A DNA stretch of 64,000 nt from Podarcis cretensis. Its lineage: Eukaryota. The stretch covers positions 44,888,001 to 44,952,000 of the forward strand of contig OX638154.1 of NCBI GenBank assembly GCA_951804945.1. Direction: 5' to 3'. Shown here in pieces: positions 22,673 to 35,800 of this stretch; the stretch's first letter is position 1, and each line of letters opens with the position of its first letter. Both the position numbers and the translations under genes were made by a program. The notes under the pieces are model-generated. The model saw nothing but the letters and a program-made list of their open reading frames with translations, searched no databases and was not told the DNA's origin.

Positions 22673-25135
22673 GTAAGCATTTAATTTCCTACAATTTAAA
22701 TCTACAGCAGGTCAAACCGCTACTGTTCATTCTCTTTATTTACCAAAAAGGATTTGAGCCCTTAACAAGGGTGTACCCATTTTAGTGTTTATGCAAGTAG
22801 CAACAACCCATCCTCAAGAATCTCCCTATTTCCCCCCCCCCCCCCCCAGGATGGAAAAGCTTAATTAATTCTCCTCTCACAAACCATGTTTCTGGTACAG
22901 TAGCCGTAACTGCATTTTCCTAAATAAATACATAAATCCAACACATCCAGAGGCTGGCTAACAGTCCTGGACTACACTGTAGGGTTGTCATACATTACTA
23001 TCCCCTCCCCCCCCCCACACACACAAAAAGAAAAAAAAGTACGGCAGCACTAGAGTACTTTGCAGGGCTGTAACTCATGCTTTCTCAAACACCATATCTA
23101 GCCCCTGTATCATCAATATACTAATGATTGATTTTATTTGTATTTGTATTAGCAGGGTATTTTTCTTAAATATACACATACTCAGAAAAATAGCAGTTTT
23201 GGCATGAAACTGAACCTGAGTCAGAAAGAACATGAACTCCTGTCTTTGCTGCTACCTTTTGCAACTATCACTTCTCTACTAAGGAATCTTGAGAACATCA
23301 CTTCCATATGAACTGGTTTATTCTCCATTGTAGGAATTTAGAGAGAGAAATTTAAAGTGGCCAAGGAAGTCCTAAAAACGGCTTCAGAATGAACCAGGAA
23401 GTCCTTTCTCTGGACAGTGAAGGAAGGACTTCCTGGGTCATTCTGAAATTGTTTGGGGGGTCTTCTCTTCAAGTTGTATGAATCTAAATTTCTCTCTAGC
23501 ACTCAGCGATCACAGTGGGTTCATATCTCACAAAGCAACGGGTTTTGAATGGCACCTATACATTTTGCTTCATAATCTTTGTTCTAAAAGGGATCGAGAC
23601 TTACTTAAAAAACTAAAATCTCATGTACCCACTGTCCACTGGCTTTGGGCTGGTATAGATGTACCTCTTTGCACACACACACCCTTTTCAGCATCCTTGC
23701 TTGTTCCATTGACTGCAGTGGAAACAAAGTTCAGTGGACCTTTGCATCATTAGTCAGGATCCAACCCACTAGTGCCAAGCACTTTTAGCATCATCAGATA
23801 AACCCTGCAAGTAAGTCTTTGAAAGAACAAAAACTTGTTGACAAATGAACTTTTCAGCAATGTTTGTGTCTTCCAAATGACATATGATTGATTCAAGGTT
23901 CCATTAATCTAAGCAAAACATATTTTACAAGCTATGTGATGCTTGTTAGACCTGAATTAAATTCATCTGGAAGATAATTAGCAGAGCTGAGGTTTTACAG
24001 AGGTAGCTGAAGCCAGACTTCCTGAAGGAACTTGGAAACGTTCAGTGTATTCCTCATCACCATGGAATATGGCTCAGGGAGTTTGCCGTTCTGGATTGCC
24101 AGCAAATGTTCTTTGCTACTTTCTCATAAGTTAATTATTTTTCACTCTAGATGTCAGCAGTGTACTTGGGCGCCCATCCTTTTGCCTCAGGTTCATAAAC
24201 ATGGCTGGATCCATGGTTGCTAGCATGGAGATACATATATTTCTGCAGTTCCTCAGTAGAGCTTGAATCAATGCCCTACTCCTGGCTTTCACTAAGCACA
24301 TTAAAACTGTGGAGGAAAAACAGCAAAACACCACTAGAGCTGTACTGTAAGCATATCTGGGAGTAAGCCCTATTAAACCCAGTGACAGTGAGCATCTGAA
24401 TTAAAAATAGATCGGATTAGGCTGCCTGTATAACTACTAGTTTAATCTGGAGCGAAACCCTGCAGTGATTTTTTAAAGAGGTATTTCTAAAGCCTCATTT
24501 AGATTACCAGTAGTTATAAAGATGCATCTTATTTGGAATCCTAAAACAGTTGCAGCACAGAGGACAGTTGCATCAGTTGCTAACACATCATTGGACATGC
24601 CTTTAAAAAAAAAACCCAGACCAACTTACATTACAGACATTAAAATCAGATATAAAAACAGAATAGAATGAAATCTAAAATCACATCCATTCCAAACATA
24701 TATAAAAGACAGGTCTAATACAACCCACACCACTCAAAACTGGAAAGAAATATGCCACAAATATACCCCACATCCTGCAAATTCAAATTATAGTCGAACC
24801 CCTCTTCTCTCCATCTTGCAAAAGAATGTTGTTGAGTGTACTTTTGTAAGGAGGTTAAGCGGATGTGTATCTGAAGTATATATCGGTACTCTAGAAAGAA
24901 CAAATGCTCATTTATCTCAAGATCGTGGTTCTTTAAGTAAAATAACATTGATTGCGTTTTGCTAGCCTGGAAAAGCCATTCAGCGACCAGTGCGACATAG
25001 AGATTCTGTAACAGCCCCAGTGGTTGTCAAGCAGCAAAGAGACAAAGGAAAATGTAACAGATGTTTCATTTTAAAGCATCTTAAGAGGGAAGGAATAACA
25101 ACCTTGAAGTGAAAGTAATGCTGCTCTTGTTTCAG

Positions 25136-25389
25136 GGCAGGCTGCCAAGCTGATGTATGTGATGCACAATTCCGAATATCCCCTCAGCTGCTTCGCTCTC
25201 TTTGAAAATGGTCCTTGCCTCATAGCGGATGCCAACTTTGACGTGCTTATGGTGAAGCTGAAAGGCTTCTTTCAGAATGCCAAAGGGAACAAGATAGAGA
25301 GCCGGGGAACCCGGTACCAGTACTGCGATTTCTTGGTGAAGATTGGCACTGTTACCATGGGGCCCAGCGCCCGTGGTATATCTGTGGAG
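25136..25389 (+). CDS. MED20: Mediator subunit 20, coding exon 3 (254 nt)
   Basis: TTTCAG acceptor, GAG|GTAAGG donor; [28 protein letters not shown]...[10 protein letters not shown]. Confidence 0.96.
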
Positions 25390-26399
25390 GTAAGGATGCT
25401 CCTCAAACGGGGGGGAAGTCAGCATATGAGGTAATATATTACATGGCTCCAGCTCAGGACAGGTATAGCAAACAGTTTACTGAATCAGGAAACATATCTA
25501 ATAAGTATATAGGAGGTGAGACGGTCTTCATGGGCCTTTGAGGTGGTGTGGACTGCATGCTAACTGGGGTCTTGGGAGCTGGAATTAAACAACATCTGAA
25601 GTGCTACAGGTTCCCCAGTCCTTCCATAGGACATTACAGTACCTAGTTTCTCCCCTCAGAGCCTAAAGCTGGGTGTGCACACAGGCAGGGCACCAGGGTG
25701 GTCCAGAGTTCATGAAACCTACACAAACCCTTCCCATATCCCTGTCCAGACCCCCACCCCACCCCACTTTGGTTAAGGGGTTGTATCTCAAAAAGGGGAT
25801 TGCTATGTTGTACTCATTTTTTCTCCACACATGCTGAGAAGCCTTTCTTTCCCTTCATGATCTTTTATCTCTGTGCAAAGCCGTTACTATTTCAACCTGA
25901 GGGTCCACAAGTTGGTTGATTTGCTTGGCACACAGGCTTTAAAAGAAGTGATCCCGTTACAACGAGCTTACTAAGCACCAGTTGTAGCACATTAGCTGTG
26001 TAACTGTTCTCCATAGAGTGTTTTGTATGCATTGTATAACATGAGCTTTTTAGGGGGCGAATATATGCCTAGTTCATGAAAAATGAAAACTGGATGGATG
26101 GATGGATGGATGGGCAATTCTTGGCGGAGCAGATTCAGACAGCTGACAGCTCGAGGTCACTGAGCTGCTTCAGTTGAGGGAAAGCCTGGTGTCAGTGGGG
26201 TGACATCCTTGGGCAGTTGTCAGTGCCCCAGCAGAGTCCACTGCTGCTTTTCCTCAAGACGTTTTAAAAAGCTAACGCATACCAGTGCTATCGTGGAGTT
26301 TATGGCAGTGCCCCAGAAGTTGAGCAGTCTTGGAGCAGTGTAATGGTGTGTGTGTGTTGGTGGCTGTTTTTACACTGCTAGAGTCAGACTTTGCCATTT

Positions 26400-26895
26400 C
26401 TATCTCTGATGCCATTAGGGGCTATCACTGGGGCAAATGGAGCAAGGTGCCATCAATATGCTGGTGACACTCAGCTCTAGTTGTCCATAGCCTAGTTGTC
26501 CATTAAAAGCAAGAGGCAGTGAAGATCCTGGGCCAGTGTCTGGATGCAATGGTGGGCTGAATGAGAGGGCATAAGATGAGACTGAATCCTGGCAAGAAAG
26601 AGGCTCTGTGGGCAAGTGGTTTTTGTGTCTGAGAAACTGGTCCATTGCCTGCTACAGATGGGGTTGCGCTCCCTCTGAAGGAGCAGGTATGTAACCTTGT
26701 CCTTGGTGGCAAAGAGGGCAGACAGCTGCAACCATTCCTGCACTGAGTCATCTTGGTAACTTCAAGGCTACACTACTTGAATACACTCTACATGGGGCTT
26801 CCCTTGTGCTTGGTCCAGAGACTGCCATTAACGCAGAATGCTACAACAGAATTGTTGACAGGAGAGTCTCTTGGCATATTACACCTGTGCTCAAA
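26400..26895 (+). mobile_element. Degenerate L2 LINE reverse transcriptase fragment
   Basis: CHQYAGDTQL (decayed YADD) and LVTSRLHYLNTLYMGLPL..VQRLPLTQNA motif. Confidence 0.72.
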
Positions 26896-28107
26896 GTGTA
26901 AACCATTTGTTAGAATTGAGGTTATGTTACTAATTGAACTTTGGCTCGGCAATCCAGACAGTTAGGTCTTTTAATTTCAACAATTAAAAAAAAGTATTAT
27001 CAAAGACCTAATTCTGTTTACAGATAAAACGTTTTCCTGTGAACAGGATGTGCTATCTTTGGTTCTGAACTAATCAAAATGCATTTGAGAGGGTGTGATT
27101 CACAAATTAAATTTGAGTTGTTTATGCCGATTTATGGGCATGGTTTTGATTTTTAAACAAGGCTAGTCCAATGCCTTTGGAGAACTGACTGGGTAGTGGT
27201 TAGCAAGCTCTGAACATAGACATACATACACAAACCTACACAAAGCTTTTCTTTTGGATTTGTAGCGTTAAACCTTTGTTGTGCAATGAATGCCAATTAA
27301 AACAAATGACAAGGTGGCCTTGTTGATCTCAGCCAAAGACATGATCCAATGATCAGAACCAAAGGCATACGCTTGAAAAGCTGAGACTTTCATATTGCTA
27401 CGGTACCTAGTACTTATTTGCTGTGTCACTTTGTCAATTACCTAGGCATTGTAGCTATGCTGTATAAATACTACTTCCACCTCTGGGTTCAGTAATTGTC
27501 TCTAATCAGCTGATAGCTGTGTCTCCATCTGCTGAGGATGAACAGTAAAATCCTAGAGGGAGGTAACTTGACTGGCAATTCCTCAGCTTTGGAACCATTT
27601 CTCCCCACCCCCGAGAGGTTTGCCAAAGCCTGGATTTGATCAGAATCCAGAATTAATACAACATTTGTGACATGAGCAAATGTTTTGTGACTTTGGCTAA
27701 TTTTAGTCTTATGCTTATTTATAATAAAAAAAATTGCTATGTGTCAGAAAGAAGGGGGTTGCTTTATAATATTCACACTTCCAGTATTCTGGACTCCACC
27801 CCAAAAAGGCACTGAATTTGCCCTTGCTTTTGGCTTTTGTTCTAATCTTGCAGTGATAAGCCCATGCAAGCTTAAGGGTTGTAGCCAGTGCTGCATGACC
27901 AGAGTTCTGTTTGCACAGTGGGAGTTCCCCTTCCTCACACTATGCGATTCCAAAATCTATTCTGGAGCGCCCCGCAACCATATGGAGCAGATTTTGAGGG
28001 TACACGGGTGGGGGCTGCAACGGAGAGGAAATTTCCATAGTACAAATGCTTGAACGAAACAGCAGTGTTTGATACAACCCTAAATAGAGCTAGAACTTGA
28101 GAGTGTC

Positions 28108-28571
28108 CCCTTCACCCTGGTATGGCTCCCCTTTATCACATACACAGCATAACAAGACGACAAAAACCCACCAACAACATACAAACCAATATGGGTAACC
28201 TGATCCAAAACACCCACCCCACTCACACATGAAAACAAAGACCACCACAGCCAACCACAAATGAACAACCACACCCTAGACCAACCCCAACCTCTCTCAC
28301 CACCAAAGGAACACAAGCAAACAACAAAGCAAACTACACAAACAACGCTGACACCAAACCCTACATATAGTAAGTAAAATAGTAACACCGTCGCCCGACC
28401 CCATCCCCACCCATCTCTCCCCCCCTCCACCTCTTTCCCCCTTTTCTTCCCAATGTATCAACAAATGAAACCTATTTGTAAAAATGTTACATGGGGGGGG
28501 GGGAATAGGAGAGAGACATTGCAAACACTTTTGTAAAACAAGAAAATCTTTAATTAAAAAAAGACTAAAAA
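28108..28571 (+). mobile_element. 5'-truncated L1/Tx1-like LINE 3' end in MED20 intron 3
   Basis: 16-bp TSD AGAACTTGAGAGTGTC; begins with an ORF2-end-like peptide PFTLVWLPFITYTA*; A-rich tail. Confidence 0.78.
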
Positions 28572-28785
28572 AGAACTTGAGAGTGTCTGCTTGAAAGTTC
28601 TCAAGTGCCTCAGGATTTTCACGATCTCCATTAACCCCCAGCAATCTTTCTTGCAAAGAACGGGTGAGCCTCTCCACTGCTACTAAACATTATGCTTTTT
28701 GAGAGGTTGGGATGGAATCGTAACTGCCCGCTGAAGAGTTCTTGTTGGCTGCTGGCTGCTTCAGAGCTTTTGTTTCTGTTGCCAG

Positions 28786-29001
28786 GTGGAATACTGTCCG
28801 TGTGTGGTAGCCAACGACTGCTGGAACCTGTTAATGGAGTTCATGCAAAGCTTCATGGGAAGTCACGCTCCTGGAATCCCTTCTGTGTTTGGCAATAAGC
28901 ACGACAGCATCTACAGCTCGGCTGACACAATGGTCCAATACATGGAACTCTTCAACAAGATTCGCAAGCAGCAGCAGGTGCCTGTCGCAGGAATCAGATG
29001 A
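28786..29001 (+). CDS. MED20: Mediator subunit 20, terminal coding exon (216 nt)
   Basis: CCAG acceptor; VEYCPCVVANDCWNLLMEFMQSFMG...KIRKQQQVPVAGIR*. The four exons sum to 639 nt = 212 aa, the expected MED20 length. Confidence 0.96.
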   Translation: MEYCPCVVANDCWNLLMEFMQSFMGSHAPGIPSVFGNKHDSIYSSADTMVQYMELFNKIRKQQQVPVAGIR

Positions 29002-29604
29002 GGAAAGCTTCGTAAGGCCTTATTTCATGGAAGCAATCATTTTGCTGAACAGTCGGTTGAAATTGCAGTTCCATCCCAGTAGTCCAGATCGCAATTGTTT
29101 CCCATTAAATCAATGCAGTCTGTCTCCCTAAGAGAGGTAGAATTAATTCTGTCTCATCTCAAACCTCCAGGGGTATGCCTCTCTTATAATAATGGCATAC
29201 TTTGCCTTAGACTGCTATCTCAGAGATCTGCCTCCCGCTCTTGAAGCAAGATTCCTGCCCCGAGTGGAAACTGGAGGAAAACAATCATCTTGAAGGAGCA
29301 CAGGTTGAAATTGCATAGAAATGGGCTTTGGGGGTTCTTCATTTCCTTGACTGGCTACGAGTGAACATGAAATTTCTATGAGAATGAAAATATGTTAATA
29401 TGGCTTTTATTAAAGGAACTTTAATTTTGCATATTAATGTTGTAGATGTTATCTATTTTATAGATTCTATCCTATAATTTGTGGGAGATTTATATTTTGG
29501 GTTGAAACGTAATATCTCATTGAAGCAAGGAAGATAAATTATCTGTTGGCTTATCTGTGTTTAAGTTATTGGCATCTTACTATCTTCAAAAAGCATTTGA
29601 GAGG

Positions 29605-29610
29605 AATAAA
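29605..29610 (+). terminator. Candidate MED20 polyadenylation signal AATAAA
   Basis: Canonical hexamer about 600 nt after the stop, with U-rich downstream sequence. ATTAAA variants also occur at about 29409 and 29889. Confidence 0.5.
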
Positions 29611-30865
29611 ATGTTTGGGCTTTAGTTTCATTTCACTGAAGTCTTAGGGCTTAATTCCTCTGCCTTACTGACTAATGTTTTCTGCTGGAACAGATAAAAG
29701 CCCTGACAGTGCAAAACTTGTACAGAGCAAGATTTCAGTCAAAATCACTAAGGCATCATTATCTTTTGAAGACGATATCAAAAAAATGCACAACATTTTC
29801 ACCTTATTGTATTTGTTTGTGTTTTAAAACTTGTTATGTTTTGTTACTTCTACAGTTTGTTGTGTTTACTGCATTTAAAGCTTCCCAAATTAAAAAAACC
29901 AAACACAAAACTAATCTAGGACCCTCTGTTCTTTATTAACGGAGTCCAAATCTTGATAAAGAATTTGGACTGGCTGTGTAAACCTCCCCCCCCCCCCAGC
30001 CTTACAATTGCCTCCCCCTTCACCCTGACCTATTTGTGTATGAGCCTGGTATTGTGCTATTCTGTGAAGTAGCAACAGGCTGTAGGCTTCAGCCCCAGGA
30101 TCCTTGTAATAGTGTGCAGGTAAGGAAACTCTGTACCTGTGCTCCAGTAATGGAAATTTGTGCCACCATTGTGCTGAGATAGCAATACATTTGGTACTGT
30201 TGGGCTGGTGCTGTTGAAACCACTACACAGCGTATGACGATTGTGCATGGCACTTGAGGGGGGAGCAGAAGGCAGAGGTAGGAGTTATTTGTGGCAAATA
30301 AGTGGTTATCATAAGGACTATGGGAACATTTCTGCCCATTAACATTGACATGCTTGCCCTGAAATGTGTTGAAGGGGAAGTGGAGTATTTTTTTTGGGGG
30401 GGGGAGGATATTTTGCTTTAATTTTTGTAGGGTGCATAGAGCCAGTCAGAGTACCAACCACACTTGGTGATCCAAAACTTATTTTGATGAAAAAGGGATG
30501 TGCCTTGTGTGAGTGCAGGCAGTTTTGGTTTACAGATCACACTAAGCCCAAACATGGCTTAGTGCAAATATGTAGGCTCCCAGAGAGGAGGCGACAGCCA
30601 CTTTGCCTTAGTTTAGTGTGGCATGGAAGTAAAAAATACTTGAGGAGAAGCAAAGTCTGGCTTAGTGTGTTTTCTTTACCTGGGGCCATGGTTTAGCTCT
30701 CTGCCCAACTAGCTACAATCTGTAAACCTAGAACAAACCTTGGATAGAGCTCTTGATTAGTGAGGATAATTCTTTACTACAAGCTTGATAAGTCAAACCT
30801 TGGTCTAACTCGGTGCAGCTTGAGAGTAAAAGAGACTGGGGAGGAGAAAAACAGCTATGAGGTCC

Positions 30866-30908
<43 letters not shown>

Positions 30909-31020
30909 TTATTATTTATACCCCTCCCATCTGGCTGGGTTTTCCCAGCCACTCTGGGAGGATCCCAACAGAATATTAAAAACACGATAAAGCATCAAAC
31001 ATTAAAAGCTTCCCTAAATA
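30866..31020 (-). mobile_element. L2 3' end with an expanded (AAT)n tail
   Basis: (AAT)~14 followed by sequence homologous to 16505-16640. Confidence 0.75.
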
Positions 31021-31118
31021 AGCCATACATTCCCTGATAAGCCATATTTTGGCTTACTATGACATGCAAATCAGGCTGCTGTGTGCATAATGTGGCATAT
31101 GGCACAGCGAGAGGCGGG

Positions 31119-31143
31119 GAGAGAGAGAGAGAGAGAGAGAGAA
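31119..31143. repeat. (GA)n microsatellite
   Basis: Direct reading. Confidence 0.9.
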
Positions 31144-33633
31144 GTCCAGAATGTGGTTTGCCATAGTGATTCCTTGTTTTTCAATACAGCACTGGAAAAA
31201 TCAAACACTTCTCTTTCCTTCACCCCAACTTAACTGAGTGAAGAGTGCATGGTAGCAACTGCTTTTCATTTCTGCCCATATATGGATTCTGCTGCAAGTT
31301 CAAAATGTAAACTCTGAAAATGTAGTGCCTTTACTGCATGTGAGGCAGAATGTTTAATTTACAGGATTGGAAGGGGACTTTTTTGGAGAGTCAGAGGGGG
31401 AAATTCTGTATTCCTGCTCTGAACAAAATGCAAATAGTACTTTTTGGATCCAGGTGCATTGAAATGTATGTTAACCTTTCTCCCAACTTACGTGCAGATT
31501 GATCATTTAAAAGAAAGCTATTGGTAATCAGAATTTGCATTTGGGCAAAGTTGTAAAAACTATATAAAACATCTATTCTGAAAAAAGACAGTTATAAGTT
31601 TGACTGGAGAATATTTACTTTGACTTGCAGCACTAATTATATTTGATCCATTGACCTCCAGCTGCTAGGAAACATTAGAACTATACAAATAATAAGGAAA
31701 TACAATGATCACTGTTATTCACTGCCTACAAAGAAATTCTGCCAAAGCTATTAATTACATATGATTTTTATTGGTAGGCAATCATTTCTTAAGCCTGCAT
31801 ATCTAAACATTAAGGCACTTAGAAAAGCTTCTTGGTATTTTCAATCCTATCCATTGGCTATGAGCCCAGAAAGATCTGACAAGTTGATTCATAACATGTG
31901 CGGAAAATGGTTTGTACTGCAAGTAAATTTAACATATTAATAACCAAATTGAACCTGATCTATGAACTATACTTCATTTGACTTTAATAAGTTTTGATTC
32001 CCGTGCTTACTGATTAATTGCAGTGGGTAAGTGCTCAAGGCTCAGACCTTTGGCTTGTTGATGTTGTGCCTTTTAAAGGAGTTAACATAAGCCTCTGTTC
32101 TAAAATGTGTTTGCGTGGGGAGGTGGGGAGGAGAAACATTAGCTTCTGTGAGATGGGCTTGGGTGATGTAGAGATATATTGCCCAGGACCAGTATGAGGA
32201 GCAGACTGCGATGTTGGTTTCACTCAGTGGTATATCTCTGCTAGCAGCGCAACTTCATCCAGGGGGTGCTGCTAGCAGAGGGACTCAGAAGAGCGGTGGT
32301 TTTACCAGCGATATACCACTGAGTGAAAAAGACATTGCAGTCTGCCCTCATATGGGGCAGTGGGAGAGACAAGCTGCATTTAACGGATCCCCCAGTCCGG
32401 CGCTGGCTTGCCAAAGCCAGCAATGGTGTGGGGGCTCTGTGAAACCGTCCCCCCCATCAGAGCAACCACGACGCTTCAACAGCATCGTATTGCTCAGCTG
32501 GGGCGGGGGGGCTTTTTCTACACAACAGCTGCGCGAAGCCTGATGCTACTGTGGCGTCGCATCGCTCAGATGGGTGGAAGAATCCTCCCCCCACCCCAGC
32601 TGAGCAATCTGATGCTGTTGAGGCATCAGGGCTCGCTCAGCTGGGGGGAGGGAGAGCCCCCCCCCAGCTGAGTAGTGGCATGGGCCAGCTGCATTGGCCC
32701 TAGCCTGCGGGGCACTGGGGTGAAAGGGGCCCAGTTCTGGTGGCGAATGTTGCGGCACTTTCACCCTGCATCTAGCTGGCTGGGGCCAACGCAGCTTGTT
32801 TCAACATTGTGGTATATGGCCAAACAGCAATGTGACTGGTGCTACATTGCGATGTTCAACATCTAACACCACCCAGCAGTACTATAAGAGTTATGAATAA
32901 GCCGGAATGTGTAGGGTTGGGACCTTACTTGGCAAAAATCAAGCTTTCTCACCAAGCTGGTTTTTGTAAATAAACACCAAGGGACACATTCAACTACATC
33001 GGAGTTTGGAAGTGTCTGAAGAAAGCAGATTTATATACCCACATGTATTTATTTAAAAGCATTTCTAAACCACTTCATGTTTTAAAAATCTCGTTAAGTG
33101 TACACTGTGAGGGGACCTGATAGCAAATCTTCAAATACCTGAAGGGCTGTCACATAGGAAAGGGTGAAGGTGTGGTCTCTGCTATGCTAGAACACAGCAC
33201 AATATCTAATGGGGCTTCAGCTAGAGGAGGATGGCTTACCTAAGTGCTTTTCTACTCTTAAGATTCTGCTTGTACCCAGACTTCCACCCATATTTAAATG
33301 AATGCTTAAATAAATAAATAAGCAAGCAAGCTTTTTATAAGAAATATAACAAACTCGCAGACCATCCAAGTGTCCCTATCTTCCAGGGACAGTCTTGGAT
33401 TTGATCCTGGAATGTCCTGTTTTTCCTTAGGACGTCCCTGTTCTGAGAAATGTTGGAAGGTATGGTAGGAGCTCCCTATTTTCACTGGAAAAATGTTGGA
33501 GGATATGGAGTTATCCAATACCTGAGCCATTTGAAGGCAGTCCTGCATAGGGAAGCTTTTTTTAAATGTTTAATGTTTTATTATGTTTTTATATATATTG
33601 GAAGCCACCCAGAGTGGCAGGGTATAAATAAAA

Positions 33634-33660
33634 TTGTTGTTGTTGTTGTTGTTGTTGTTG
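33634..33660. repeat. (TTG)9 microsatellite at an L2 tail
   Basis: Direct reading. Confidence 0.9.
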
Positions 33661-35394
33661 GTATAGAATAGGCCATTGCTATTTTCATTGGAGAAACGTT
33701 GGAGGGTATGAAATTGCCAGATGATCTTTGTGAGGCTGTATAATCAACACAGGAAGAGTGAAACTGCATTTTATTCAAGCCCTTGACCTGAGTTGGTAAC
33801 CAAGTTTACAGCTAGCATTATTTTGGTAGATTTCAGGCAAGGGTTACTAATTAATGTGCATATCCAAGCAGCTAATGTCCCAATACTTTCCCCTTGAGAA
33901 GTATAATGAGATGTGTGGAACTGGCCTCCATTTTTCAGATATAGCACCGACTAGCCTTGCTCAGTTGAAAAATCTGTTACTGTCAGGTACACTGAAGGAA
34001 GCCCTCAGTGTAGAGATATTCTGGTAAAACTTCTCACATACTTCAAGGCCCTAGGAAAAGCCATTTAACTGCCACTAAAACTGTCACAACTCATAAATTA
34101 CACCCTCTCAGCCCTTCCCCTTGCATAAAACATTATGCAAATAAGTCTGGGGGTTTCTTAAGTTCGTTTGTTTTGCCTGTGACCACATACAGTAGTAAAA
34201 TTTGCTTTATTTAAAATATTGATAACATTCTCCCAAATGGTATAAATGCAAAATTATGTCACTAAATTGTATTTTAAAAATACAAAAGTAAGCAGCGTTA
34301 CTTTAAAATCAGCCGTTACAGTTTTTCAGCAGCATGTCTAATGAAAACACGCAAATAAAGACACTTGAGAGGGTTTTTTTTAAGCCTTTTTGAATGTTCT
34401 GCATATAACTGGATTTTCTTGCCTTCATCCTTTGATGGCACTGCATCAAACTAAGCGCTGGTGGGTTCTGCAAGCATTCCTTTACCACAAGGGAAGATGC
34501 TACTACTGAATAAGTCTGATGTCCAAGGCAGAAGAGGGGGATATTTGAAGCAATTGGCACATATAGCATTCTAGAAATGGAAGAAAACATGGGACAGCTA
34601 CTCTCAACTGTTCACTGCAAAAGCAGGCTGCAGGTCTCTCTCCCCCTCCCCCCCCCATTCAGTCCTCAGTTGGGGGGGAGTTTCTAATTTAGAGATCTAC
34701 ACTTAGTCTTGCCACGTTTTTATTTCAAAAATACCAGACCCTGGGTTAGAACTTTGGTATATGGGAGGAAGAGAGCCGGACTGTTCCCAAAGTGGAGCTA
34801 CCACAAAGCATGCCATGGCATGATGGAAGCTGGCAGGTCAGTGGTAGAAACTGACTAATTGTGGATAAAGCTTAGTGGAATCTAAGCTGGTCTGGTGAGG
34901 GTCTAAATCAAAACCCTTTGTTGGGCCAGAACAGCAAAGCAATGGTGTTTGTGTGTGTATGAGAGAGTGTTTAATGTAACAAGTGAAATAGCCTACTGCA
35001 GGCACCTATAATTAGCCAGATCATAGTAGGGGAAAACTACCCCAGATCCGATCACTTCTGTGCATCCTTTTGCATATTGTGTATTGCACACTATATGAAT
35101 CTTTGTGTGAACAAACCCTTAGATGAGCTATCGGCTTTGGGTGCGAGGAGAGAGTTCAGCTGCCTTACAGAAATAGAGGCAGATGTTAGAATCAGCTTTT
35201 GTAATGTAATTAAAATTAATACACAACCCCCCAAAAAAAACCTTCCCCGATGCTTTTTTAAAAAATGAACGGGCTAGAAAGGCTGTCTGCTCTTCATCTC
35301 CTGTTATAGAAACAGAAACTAAATCATGCCGCCTCGTGTACAATGGTGACTGAATTAAAAAAAAAAAATCCCTTAAATTCCCACAAAGGACAAA

Positions 35395-35800
35395 TCTCCG
35401 GCAGTCGGTTCTCTCCCCCCCCCCACTTCCCCGCCTTCCTGTCCATAATTTTGGTCGTTGCCGTGGCAGCCGAGAAGAAGGGGCGGAGCCAGGCCTGAAG
35501 AAGGCGACGAAACTCCGCCCTTCGCCTCCAGTCTACAAGTACTGTACCCATTGAGAAGGGGGACGAGGCCCCAGGAATGCGTCCACCTTGCCGGGCCAGT
35601 CATTCTTAGATCTTTGGGAGTGAGGGCGGAATCCCCCGCCCTAGAAATGTTAGAGTCGCAGATGATCGCCGTCCTTCTTGCCATTGCCGATTAAGGACTG
35701 AGCTAGCTTTCCCACTCTTAACGGCCAATACAAATCGTTAGGTTTTTCACAAAGACCGCAGAGGTTCTTCTTCCACCTCCTTTCGCTCCGTTGTCCCTTT
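35395..35800. promoter_or_regulatory. Orphan CpG-rich promoter/enhancer-like element
   Basis: Local CpG enrichment in an AT-rich background; four GC boxes, X-box-like GTTGCCGTGGCAGC at 35457-35470, and TAACGG + CCAAT at 35719-35729. Confidence 0.55.
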
